Positions 1 through 11,000 of a stretch of DNA of 64,000 bases are shown here, in pieces. The stretch spans positions 1-64,000 of the forward strand of contig JAADVB010000032.1 of the NCBI GenBank assembly GCA_023334545.1, read 5' to 3'. The position numbers and the translations under genes are program-made. The stretch's first letter is position 1, and each line of letters starts with the position of its first letter. The stretch comes from Salisapilia sapeloensis CBS 127946 (taxonomy: Eukaryota > Protista > Oomycota). The notes beneath the pieces were generated by a model. That model saw nothing but the letters and a program-made list of their open reading frames with translations. It was not told where the DNA came from and made no database searches.

Positions 1-3000
1 ACTTTTTCACGTCCTCTGTAGATGCCGTAGCAAGCGTTCCTTCCTGCACTTGCGTCATCAACTGCTGCACTGGTTTCGGACCAAGCACCTTTTCCCAGAA
101 CTGTTCGTCGTTAAAGTCGATCGTCGTATCCGACGATTCGGCCGTGAAGCTCGCTTTCGAGAACGACAGCGCGTTGCTCGGGTGTGCCGGGACGTCACCT
201 GCCTCTCGATTATCCTCCACTGTCGTCCCACCCGTCGGATCGTACCGAATGGTTCGACTAGACGACAGCAAGTGGTCGATATCGAGCTCATTAATGGCTT
301 TATTCTCCGGATCGTGCTCGTCCTCTTCGCCCATGATCGCGTAGGCACCATACCGGATCATCATCTCGACCTTATCTCGATCGAGCGACATGAGACTGAG
401 CATATCTCCCCCGCCGTCTTCTCCATCAAACTCATTTCGGACACCTCCCGTTTCAAACACGGCTTGATGCATCCCAAGCTTCTTACTCGCAATGTCAAAC
501 ATCTGCGCCTCATACGTCTTCTTCGTCACGAGACGATAGATGTTCACACTCTGTGTCTGTCCGATACGGTGGCAGCGAGCAACGGCCTGGAGATCATTCT
601 GAGGATTCCAGTCGCTATCAAACAGGATGACGACACTAGCAGACACTAAGTTGATACCGACACCACCGGCGCGAGTACTCAAGAGGAAGGCAAAGGTGCT
701 AGAAGATGGGTTATTGAACCTATCGATCGCCGCCTGCCGCGCGTTGCCACGGATACTACCGTCCATACGCTCTACGTCGTATCGTCGAAGTTGACACAAG
801 TCTTCAATGAGGTCGAGCATGATTTTGAATTGAGAAAAGATCAGGACCTTCTTTCCCTCGGCTTTGAACTTGGCCAGGATCTTGTCCAGCAAGACCGTCT
901 TGCCACTCGCTTGGATGAGACTGACACTACGTTGGACGTCGCTAAGTCCAGCACACTCCTTCTCTTCCACGCCTCGAATGAGGAACGGATGGTTACAGCA
1001 TTTACGCAGCTCCATCTCGACATTCACGAGACTCGCCATGGTCCCTGCCGAGCCCATGCTCAAGAAGCTCCGATTGCGTTCGAAGATCGCTCGGTAATAC
1101 TTTTTCTGCATCGTAGTGAGCTCCACATCGACAATCGTCTCTTCCTTGGGCGGAATGCTCTTCTCCACATCTTCCTTGACGCGTCGAAGCATATACGGAC
1201 GCAATTGTTCATGCAGCTGCGCAACTTGCTCTGCCGACGTCAAGTCGCCATATTCATCGTAAAACTGCTGCTGATTTGGGAACTTGTCTGGTTCAATAAA
1301 GTTCAAAAGACACCAGAGTTCATACACGCCATTCTGCAGTGGTGTGCCAGTCATGAGGAGACATGCATCCCACGAGAATTGGCGAAGACTTTGTAAGAGC
1401 TTGGCCTCTCGGTTCTTGAGCTTATGGGCTTCATCAATGACAACGTATCGCCAGTGGATACAATCGAGGAACTCTTGATCCGCGACGAGCGTCTGGTATG
1501 ATGTAATGAGGACATTGAACTTGAAGATATTCCGACGACGATACCCTTCATGCGCATACTCGAACTCGTGCTGACGAATGAACGCTCGAGCGTCCGCACC
1601 TCCTTCCGAGTCATGATACACGACGCAATTCATCGTCGTCCACGTCTCAATCTCTCGCTTCCAATTCCCCAACGTCACGAGTGGTGCGACCACTAGGAAC
1701 GGACCTCGAATGTGCTCTCTCGTACGCAAATGTTCCATCAATGCCGTCGCCTGGACTGTCTTCCCGAGTCCCATCTCATCCGCCAAGATACAGTTACGAC
1801 GGTTGTACCAGCAAAAGACAAGCCAGTTGAGACCTTCTAGCTGGTAGCTACGCAGCTCATTCTGATTGTAGTACGTCGGAGACTCTTGGTACTTGGCCCA
1901 AGACGTCGGGTCTGGACGCACATCTTGGAAGGTGGATGGAGGAGCGCCTTCCAGGATCGGAGGATGGTTGTTACGATGGTACGCGGCGATCTTCCGGTCG
2001 TCCGTCAGCTCATCTGCCCACTCCCACGTGCTCTCCATGTAGCTCAAGTCGCGCCACTTGACCAGGTACTTGTTTCCTCTCTTAAGCACAGGCTGGAGAC
2101 CAGGACCAGCTCCGTGGTTGTTGTACGGATTCACAACGGCAGGCTCCTCCACCTCCTTCATAGCGAGGATACGATCGACTTCGCAGTACGCTTCGTTCAC
2201 GAACGTAGTGACGTCTTCAGGACCGGAACCTTCGATGATATGGCGCTTGGCGACTTCCACCTCTCGAGACTGCTTCTGCATGTATCGACGTAGACGCATG
2301 ACCGTGTGGTGTCCGAAGCGTTCAAGCTCATGCACTGGCAGCCACGTCACGTGCAGATACGACACCTCCTTCCACTTAATGAGGAACTCCATGACAGCTT
2401 CGTCGTCGTCCTGTCCAAGTTCCTTGCGGTATCTCACGCCGAGGATCTTATCCACTTGCGGTCCCTCCTTCTTCTCCGGTTTCTTCTCTACCTTCTTCTC
2501 TTCATCCGACAAATCCAAGTCGGATGCCGGCGGATCTTCCACATAACTCTTGCGCTGCTTCCCGACGTTCCGTCCAGACCGTCGCGTCGGCTGAGCCTGT
2601 GTGTTTGGCATCCCAGGCGCAAAGTCTTCGTCACTCGAGTTATCTCCGTCATCATCATCCGAGTTCTTCCGTTTCTTCCCTCGCTTCCCCTTGCGTTTCA
2701 CAGGCTTAAGCGGCGGAGCTTCAGCGGAAAACTTCTTCCGCTTCGCTTTCTGAACGTCCGAAACACCTGGCTGGAGATTCGCTCGTGCCTGGTTCTTCAA
2801 CGCACGTGCTAGCAAGTCGTTCGGGATCATACCTCCCGTCGATGTGAATTTAAATACCATAATTTGGGCACGTAATTGTTCCTTCTGTTCGTTCGAAAAG
2901 TTTGCGCGTTGTGTACGTCGAGCAGGAGGTGTCTGAGACGGCATGCCAGCACGATTCATAAAGCGAATCGCAGCGTTGCCGTACGTTTGCATGAGAAAAC

Positions 3001-4568
3001 GATTGTACGCTACGGCTGCCTCGCGTTCCGACGAAAAGATACCGAGACGACGGATACCTCCGCCGTCGACATGCAGCTCTGCAGCCCACTTCCCCAGAGA
3101 CAAGTAGCGGACACCAGTGTTCCACATACCAGCAGTTGTCACTCGAGGGTTATCCAGCCCTGCCACCGACGTACCGTGACCGTGGCGATAGTCTCGCGCT
3201 TCGTCCGAGTTCAGCGCTTCGTCCAATCCGACTGCATTCGGACGACGAAAACGAAGGAGGACTGGACGTAATGACTTGAGTCTCGACACGACGCGCTGGA
3301 AGTCTTCCTGATTACGCACTTGGAAGCCATCGACGGCAACGAGATCGTCGCCGACACGGATTAAACGACTGGCTTCTGCCGGTCCGATGACATTTGCCTC
3401 CGGTCGTCGGAACCCAGTGACGCACACAGCGTTCTGACCTACGCTCATGTTCATGCATAGACCGATGCTACCTTTCTGAAGCAACACTTCGTACTCGTCA
3501 CCTCCGGAAGGAGAAGCACGCCAGCCCATGGCTCGACAAGGCGTCTGCATGCACGAGCGCAAGGCATCGACTGCGAGTGCAGACGCTTGGGAAGGTGATG
3601 CGACGCGTCTGGCGTACGCTTGCAGACGATTGCTCACGGTCGGATCCCACGTGTACACCTCAGAGCCCATGTGGTTCATGAGCTGAGGCGTGAGCGCTCC
3701 TGCTGGAAACGGCGGCGTCGATGCCGTTGACTGCGGACTCGGATTCTGATTCTATAAGTATAACGCATAAGTGATCAAGTCGAAACTGTAGGCATGAGGT
3801 GTAGAATACCTGCTGAGCAAGGAGCGGGTTGGAATCTTGTGGTGCCGAGATGGCAGGCGCTTCCGAGGCAGGAGGTTGGGTCCAGGATGCAGCAGAAAGT
3901 CCAGAGCCACTGCGCTCCCACTGCTTTTCAAAAGACGCGTCGATGCTCGTCGGCTGTTCGTTCACCGGATTGTAAAAGGAGGAGGATCCGGTCGGGTGCT
4001 GGAACATCCGAGACGTTGGTACTGCCATCTTCTTCCCGTCTTCGTTCTCACTCTTTTCTACACCTTTCGGTTCATCTTGCTCACTCTCTTGTTTCTCAGG
4101 CTTCATATCTTCATTGTGGAAGCGCGGATCGTCTTGCAATGGACGAATGGGCGTCGGAGATGGAGATAGAAATTGAGGCGTCTTGTACGTCAGAGGCGCT
4201 GGTTGGCCCGGGTTTTCTTCCTTCGGGCCGTCATGATCGGATCCTGGCAAGTCCATATCATCTTCTACTTCCGGGAGTTGGTCGTTGATACTGCTGTTGC
4301 TCTCCACGTCGGCGTTCGTGTCTTGCAAAGGCGATTGGCCGTCTTGGTGATCGACGTCATTGGCGGACAAGGGTGCGTCCCCCATGTCCGTTTCATTCAG
4401 GGGGTTACCTGCGTTGGAACTGCCGACATCTGAATGGCCATTTCCATTTTCCGTCGCCTCTTCCTGACCAGCAGTAGGCTTGGGCTCGTCGTCACTTGGC
4501 TCATTTTTCCCGTCGCGGGGAGATGGGTCCTGACCCGCCTCCCCAAATTGAGTCGGGTGTTCGGCCAT
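1..4568 (-). CDS. CHD7: CHD6-9/Kismet-type chromodomain-helicase-DNA-binding remodeler, 3'-truncated at the window edge; order: acidic N-terminus, PDZ, AP2, QLQ, 2 chromodomains, SNF2 ATPase, helicase C
   Basis: ATG 4568; 58-nt GT-AG intron 3809-3752; exon 2 read in one frame over long stretches and spot-checked down to position 1 (missing from the ORF track, probably because it has no stop in the window). Manual translation gives chromodomains (VDKILGVRY...MEFLIKWKEVSYLHVTW; KYLVKWRDLSYMESTWE), NCILADEMGLGKT, VVIDEAH, VLIFSQF, LLSTRAGGVGINL and FDSDWNPQNDLQAVARCHRIGQ...YRLVTKKTYEAQMFDIASKKLG, which matches the CHD6-9 pattern. Symbol marks the subfamily, not one-to-one orthology. Confidence 0.92.
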
Positions 4569-5396
4569 GATAAATTTGATGAAAATGCACCTAGCAAACT
4601 ATAGATGGGCAACTCGCCGTCTTAACGCTGCGGAGGATGATGAACCTTCCGCGTTCTGCGGCGTCCCGTTCTTTGCTTGCTCACAAAACTTGGAGGTATA
4701 CTTTATCCTTGTGTAACGAATAGGTTGCGCGAATGTTGTGCAATGCGGAAGGTTGAGAGAACACGTGGGCCAGTTTATAAGTGCCGACGATTGCATAAGG
4801 TTTTATACATAAGTGATGTAGCTTTTTAGAAACGGACGAGAACGTGGGGTTGGATGACCATGACGGTTATGATGGGTATTGATGTCGACTTGCTGCAGGC
4901 AAAAAGTGTTGCGTTGCATGAGACGGATGGTGTCTGTTTCGCTGGTATGACTAATGGGCGGAAGATTATACGGAATTTTGAATGAGACGTTTGTCAGCGG
5001 AGAGTGCCAGTTGGCCCACCCGATGCTGAAGCGATTCTGAGTGGATTATACCGCTCTTGAAGCGAACACAGGTATGTATCTGATGCCGCGTGTCACGTAC
5101 ATATCATACAAAAGATACTATTGCCTGACGTTATCCTGTTTGCCCCATATCAAGCTACGTATACCTCTCATGTTGCTACAATCATCGAGACGACGCACCT
5201 CTTCACATGACAAATCGACACGATTGTGACTGAGAAAAAGACAACAAGGACCGTCGGCTGACTATGCAACCCATCTGCACAGACCCATCTTCGTACCATC
5301 AACATATTCTCAGACAAATCCACTTCCATGACACCACTAAGGAAGAAAAATGAATCGGAAGATCGAACAAAAGAATTTGAAATTATAGAGCCCGAT

Positions 5397-6541
5397 CTAC
5401 GCTTTCGACACCGCATCCTTGTACTGTGGCTTTAACTCGTAGCAGCTCTTATTCGGGCCCTTGCGATGGTACACGCAAATCTCTTTCAGAACTTCCTTCA
5501 AGAAGGACTATACCAAGACGTTAGCACGTAGGTAGGACACCAAGTAAGACATGACGTACCTCTGGTTGGCGGCAATGGGCGTTGAGCTCCTTGAGTGGCC
5601 AGAACTCGCGCTCTTCGAAGCGCTCAAAGACCATGTTCTTCAGTTCGTCCTTGCTGATCTTGATCTTCTTATCTATACGATCCATGCTCTTCATGTCCGA
5701 TTTCTCCTGCACATTTCTTTCAGTTCATGCTGTTCTACTTGTAACAAAGCAAAGGACGAACCTCTTCAGCTTCTGGATCAGGCTTATCAATTGTAAACTG
5801 CACTTTGGCTCGTTTGACACGAGGTAAATCTTCCAGCGGCTGCGTTTCTCTATTGAATACGATTAGAAGCGATCGAATGGCTTGCATGGTAACCATGTAC
5901 CTTGGACGTGTCATAGATTTGATCAAACGCTGACGACAGTATTTGCTGTATTGGTCATTGTTCTGCGCCAGGATGGAGCAGCTGTTCTTGACGGTGCCTT
6001 CAATTGCCATGCGACCAGAGCCATCAAGACTGAAGAGCTTGAGCTTTAACGGCGTCTCAGTCATTTCGACACGATATTCCGTCGGGATCTGGTCATCATC
6101 TAGAGATGACTGGTTGACGGTGAGTATGCCCTAGAACCAGCACGTTAGATGACATAAATACATTCTTGGGAATGTATTGCCTACTTTACGCTTTCCCAAG
6201 TAGCTTTTCTTGTTGAGCTTGATGGATCCAAGCATCAATTCGCTTTCTTAAAGTACGATAGATGTAACCGTTAGAGTGGATGAACGTAGATGGAATGGTA
6301 GGAATATGTATTACCTTGAACGTTCTTCCACGCATTACCGAGTGCTTGCTAATAACCGATCGTCAGTGTTCATGTCAGAGAGTCAGGTACTCGCAACGGT
6401 ATCACAGCGAGCGAATACAAAGCGTATGTATACACATATATGCATATTAGATACGATACTTACCGGGACTTTGGCGAGATAGACTTCTCGATCTTCCAAG
6501 TCTAACTGAAGCGGCTCGACCGTGTCTTCTTCTTGCGCCAT
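5397..6541 (-). CDS. GTF2F2: Transcription factor IIF beta subunit (RAP30), multi-exon
   Basis: Spliced: MAQEEDTVEPLQLDLEDREVYLAKVP | QALGNAWKNVQ | ESELMLGSIKLNKK... | GILTVN...IPTEYRVEM...; C-terminal winged helix KDELKNMVFERFEEREFWPLKELNAHCRQPE...LKEVLKEICVYHRKGPNKSCYELKPQYK. GT-AG introns, e.g. GTAAGT at 6463; stop TAG 5399-5397. Confidence 0.88.
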
Positions 6542-6691
6542 TTTAGTTGTGAATGGTTTTGTTTTAGATGCCAAAACCTAACTTACAACAGTACTTTTCT
6601 TCCACTAACTTCATTTTTGTATACGTCGTCGTAGTTGGTACTGGAATAGTGCAAGTTTCAAGTACCTTTCAGTTCGTGATTTATCTCGATC
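6542..6691. promoter_or_regulatory. Short bidirectional promoter between GTF2F2 and UROS
   Basis: 150-bp AT-rich gap between two divergent ATGs, with initiator-like pyrimidine-rich elements (TCATTTTT, CCATTCAC). Inferred from layout only. Confidence 0.45.
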
Positions 6692-7507
6692 ATGTCGTCG
6701 CGACTGCGTGTACTATTGCTCAAGTCTCCTGATGACAAGTACCAAAAGGCATTCGATGATGCATGCAACGAGTTACAGCTACCGTGCCAAGTCGATATCT
6801 CTTTTACAGAAGTACTTGAATTCAGTTTCGTCAATCTTGACGCCTTGCAAGACAAGTTGCGCAACCTCCAGCGCTACAGCGGGGTCATGATCACTAGTCC
6901 ACGTGGCACATCTGCACTCGCACAAGCCCTCTCTTCGCTTGAGGAGTCTACAAAAGCTACGGCACTCGACCAATTGCAATCTTCTCATATCCCGATCTTT
7001 GCAGTTGGGCAAGCGACAGCATTGGAACTTACTTCCAACTGGAACATACCTTGTTTGGGCACATCGACTGGCTCTGCCGAACAGCTATCAGCGTTTTTAC
7101 ATGAACAGAATGGATTGCCGGAAGCTGCAAAGGAGAAACCAATGCTCTTTATTACTGGACAAACGCATAGTGATACCTTACCAAATAGCTTTCATAGCAG
7201 GAACTTGGAGCTAGAGGAGCTCATCGTGTACAAGACAGACGTGAAGGAAAATGTGGATGTGCCAGAAGTCGATTGGATCGGTTTCTTTAGTCCGAGTGGA
7301 TTAAAGGCAGTGCATAATAAGGAATTACAGTGGGAACTAATGAACAAAGCTGCGATTGGGAAGACGACAGAGACTGCGATGGCCAAGTTGGCACAGGAAC
7401 GTCAGGAAGAGCATTGGAAAGCTGATGTTGTCCCTGAAAAACCGACACCAACTCTACTTGCCAAAGCGATACTCTCATTCCAGTTTGACAAATCTGCTTC
7501 GCAATAA
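6692..7507 (+). CDS. UROS: Uroporphyrinogen-III synthase (HEM4 family)
   Basis: Single-exon 271-aa ORF with HemD/UROS motifs: VLLLKS, YSGVMITSPRG, IFAVGQATA, G+AEQL, LEELIVYKT, WIGFFSPSG, AAIGKTT, PEKPTP..L. Confidence 0.9.
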   Translation: MSSRLRVLLLKSPDDKYQKAFDDACNELQLPCQVDISFTEVLEFSFVNLDALQDKLRNLQRYSGVMITSPRGTSALAQALSSLEESTKATALDQLQSSHIPIFAVGQATALELTSNWNIPCLGTSTGSAEQLSAFLHEQNGLPEAAKEKPMLFITGQTHSDTLPNSFHSRNLELEELIVYKTDVKENVDVPEVDWIGFFSPSGLKAVHNKELQWELMNKAAIGKTTETAMAKLAQERQEEHWKADVVPEKPTPTLLAKAILSFQFDKSASQ

Positions 7508-7670
7508 ACAGTTTTGCTTCCCAAGGGAATTTCATGTGTCAGGAAGATTGACAACCCATTCAAATGTGGAGGAAATGAATTACATTCTTTATTGAGGATA
7601 TACTCCATCCAGCGATGTTGGCACGCTTCCAATGTTCCCGCACAAGTAGGAATGCAAAACGTAGGTATCT

Positions 7671-7891
7671 TTATTCACTCGACTCCTCCGACTTGACGCC
7701 AAAGTGCTGCAAGCGGTTCAATTCCTACATCATCACCATCAATTAGCCAGCCGAATAGTTTCGTTACGAGCACATAAACATACCGCCTTTGCGTCTCTTC
7801 GCGACAAGTAGTTCGACACGGGGCCAGAGATCACTTGGATCGTGGCGACGGCGACACCGCCGAGGAGAAAGTAGCGAGCAGGTCCGAGCAT
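7671..7891 (-). CDS. Spliced 53-aa single-pass membrane microprotein, unknown function
   Basis: Exon 1 7891-7784 (MLGPARYFLLGGVAVATIQVISGPVSNYLSRRDAKA); 59-nt intron with GTATGT donor, GCTAAT branch site and TAG acceptor; exon 2 7724-7671 (ELNRLQHFGVKSEESSE*), phase 0. Divergent from the large ORF at 8030. Confidence 0.65.
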
Positions 7892-8029
7892 CTCGACAAC
7901 GGTTATTCGATCGTTTTGAGCCGCTGCTTCTTGTGTCGCTATTCTTATAGACCAATTGTATAACGATAAATTCTTTCGAGACAGCATATCTTGAAAGGTC
8001 GTAAGCAGCATCTACCGACTCCTTTGCTC

Positions 8030-11000
8030 ATGGACTGGAAATCACCGGATAGTAGTGATCTAGACGAACACGATGTCGATGATATTGAATATATCTTTGA
8101 CTCATCTGCAATGCATCGATCTTCTCCGAGTGCTGGCAAGTTTCAAGTTGGTCAGAACTGGAAATCGGCACTTTGTGTCACGTCACTCTACGACTCATAT
8201 CTCCAAGTGATGGAAGAGAATAAGACTTTAAAGAGCAAGTTAAAGGAGGTACAGAAGAGGCCGTCAAAAGATGCTCAGATACATCCGTTGGAAAAGAAGA
8301 GTGGCCGTAAGGAATGTCGAAAACCTATTACGAATGCATCGAAGGACACGGTGGAGCAAGAGCTGATAGAGAGTGAAAAGGAACAATCGGAGCAACGTCT
8401 ACAATATCTTGAGCGTGAAGTCGCTAGGTGGAAATCACTTTATGAAAAGGAAAAGAAGAAAGCACAAGATAGGGTCGATCGAGATCCTCTGACAGCGCAA
8501 CGACAAGCCATGTCGGCTCAATCTCTTCAGCATGCTTTAGATGAACAAGTGCATACGAATCAAGAGCTGACGTTAACATGTGAAAGATTACAATTTATGA
8601 ATGAAAGAATGAAGGAAACGCATGATGAACGCATACAAGAGTTGGAGACTCAGCTCGCAAGTTTCCAGACGTCTCAAGACGAGATGAAAAAAGCAAATAT
8701 GATGGCTATCATTCAGCGAATGGCAAACGCGAACTTGTATCGTGCATTTCGAAATTGGATGAAGCATACGCACGTGGAAGTAGGTCGGAACGCACATCAA
8801 GATCAAGTACAGTTGCTACAGCAGCAATTGGAAAGTGAGAGGCACCATATGCGTGCAACGTACATTCGGAAACTGTATTTAGACCGGACAAAAAGATGTC
8901 TCCATCGATATTATACAGCTTGGCGATCTGTTTACAAAGCTCAAAGGACTAGGAAGGATGCGATTGTGTATATGCGTACCAAGTCTACGAAGCATATCCG
9001 ATTGAGTGCATTTAGCCATTGGCGGGTACAGATTGAAAACCTTGTAAATCATCGCAACAGTCTGCTGGCAATGGTATGTCGCTTGCAAAAGTACCACTTC
9101 CGTACATGCTATCGGAAATGGGCAAACGAAGTGTTTGTTCGTCAGCACATGCTTCAGTCGAATCAGCAAAGAGCGGAACATGACGAAAAGAACAAGGAGT
9201 TGACAAGTACATTGGATACTGCAAACCAAAAGCTATTACAGGCCCATGAAGACCTATGTCAATATCAAGAAGAGATCAAGCGTTTGCGTCAGATATGTAA
9301 TAAAGAGCAAGAGGAAAGAGCTCGGCATGAAACAAAGGTAAAAGAGCGTTTGGCATCTTTCTTTCGAAAGAACAATGACGCTTACCTCCTTCGTTCGACA
9401 TTCGAGAGTTGGGTTCTCTCTACTAGTCAACAAGTACAGCGTCAAGTGCAGATACGGAACGTGGCAGCGGAGCTAAATCGAAAGAAATTATGCCTGTATG
9501 TTCGACAGTGGCATAAAAGTACGTCAGAGAAAAGGATGAAGCATCAAGTGCTTTTACATGCAGTCACACGAATGCGATATGCGATTGTCATTCGATGTTT
9601 TCAAAGCTGGAAAGCAAATGTAGAGAATAAGAGAGAGAAAAAGGCACTTGTGAATCGAGTTATCTATCGCTGGAAAAAGCTTCAGATTCTCCAAGTATTC
9701 AATTCATGGAAGTCACATACGGAAGTAGTAGTGTCGACTCGCCGATCTCTTGATCGACTAGTTCTTCTATTTGTAAAGATGCAAGTAGGCATGGGATGGA
9801 AGCAGTGGGTGGATGTATCAGACGAGATGGCGAAGGAGACTAAAGATCGTTTACGTTTGGAGCAGGAGAAAGAGCGAAAACGTGAACTAGAAGAGATTAA
9901 ACGGTCTATATTGACGTTAAACTCATACTTTACGATGTGGAAGGGTGCTATACGGTTAAAAGCAACGCATATGAAGATACTCCAAAAGTGGGGTGTTCGA
10001 TGCAACAGCAACTTGCAGAAGACGTACTGGAGACTGTGGAAACAAAGCATAAGTGAGCAAAAAGAGCATCGCATAAAACTCAAAAAGTGGATTCGTCGAT
10101 GGAAAGTCGTGAAGCTTCAAAAAGCTTGGACGCAGTGGATAGTACAAGGAATGCGTCTCGAAAATGCTGATAAAGTAACTAATGTCGCAAACCAATACAA
10201 CGTTCGTTTGGAGGAGCTAGAACAAAGCTTAAAGCAACGACAGGAGAAAGAAGTCGAGCAACAGAGGGAGAGGGAGATGGCGGATAATACTTATAGTGCT
10301 GCACTGCAAGTCAAAGATCGTATCGTGTCAGAGAAGGATGCGAGTAAACGACGGTATGCCCAAGCCTTGATGAAGATCTTTACTTCCAAGCAGAACGGTC
10401 GTTTAGTAGCCACTGTATTTCGCTGTTGGAAGTGTTTTGTAGATGAGAATTTAGCACTAAAAGCCAAGGTGATGTCATTCCTACGTCAACAAGACACGAC
10501 CGTCGTTCAGCGCATTTTTACGCAATGGAGAACAAGTTACCAACGTCTTAGAGGTATGAAGAAAGCGCTTGGACTGCTGCACACGTACATTGGTGCAAGT
10601 TATGTCGATCGCTGCTTTAGTAGTTGGAAGTACTACATTCATCTCGAACAAACCATCAAGCTATTTGCAACAGCATTCGCGATGACTTGTGACCAGTACG
10701 TTTTACAAACGACATTTCGCCAGTGGCAAACTGAAGCACATGCACGTCGAGTCATGCGTTCAACCGTCCAACGTCTTCTCGTTCAATCTGCATACTTAGA
10801 TGTGCAACATGCTTTTTCAAAATGGACAAGAGTAATGATGGAAGCACAGCGGGAGGAGATGGTTCACGAAAAGGAGCAAAGGCTACGGTTAGTACAAGAA
10901 AAGATTGTATATCGATGGGGTTGTCGATCTATACGTATGGTTTTTCATGCCTGGAAAGTTTATGTGGGAGTTAAGCGTAGGATGAATCAAGGGTACATTT

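Noticed and set aside
50-2812. Long + strand ORFs (50-649, 791-1396, 1886-2293, 2306-2812)
   Set aside because: They are antisense shadows of the conserved, GC-rich CHD ATPase exon on the - strand; the translations have no protein-like motifs.
4585-5390. Possible hidden spliced + strand gene between CHD and GTF2F2 (donors GTATGA at 4945 and GTATGT at 5072; one joined frame has an in-frame TGA after Cys, suggesting selenocysteine)
   Set aside because: No exon combination gave a coherent ORF or recognisable motif; the C-U context matches no selenoprotein I know and no SECIS could be identified. RNA-seq is needed.
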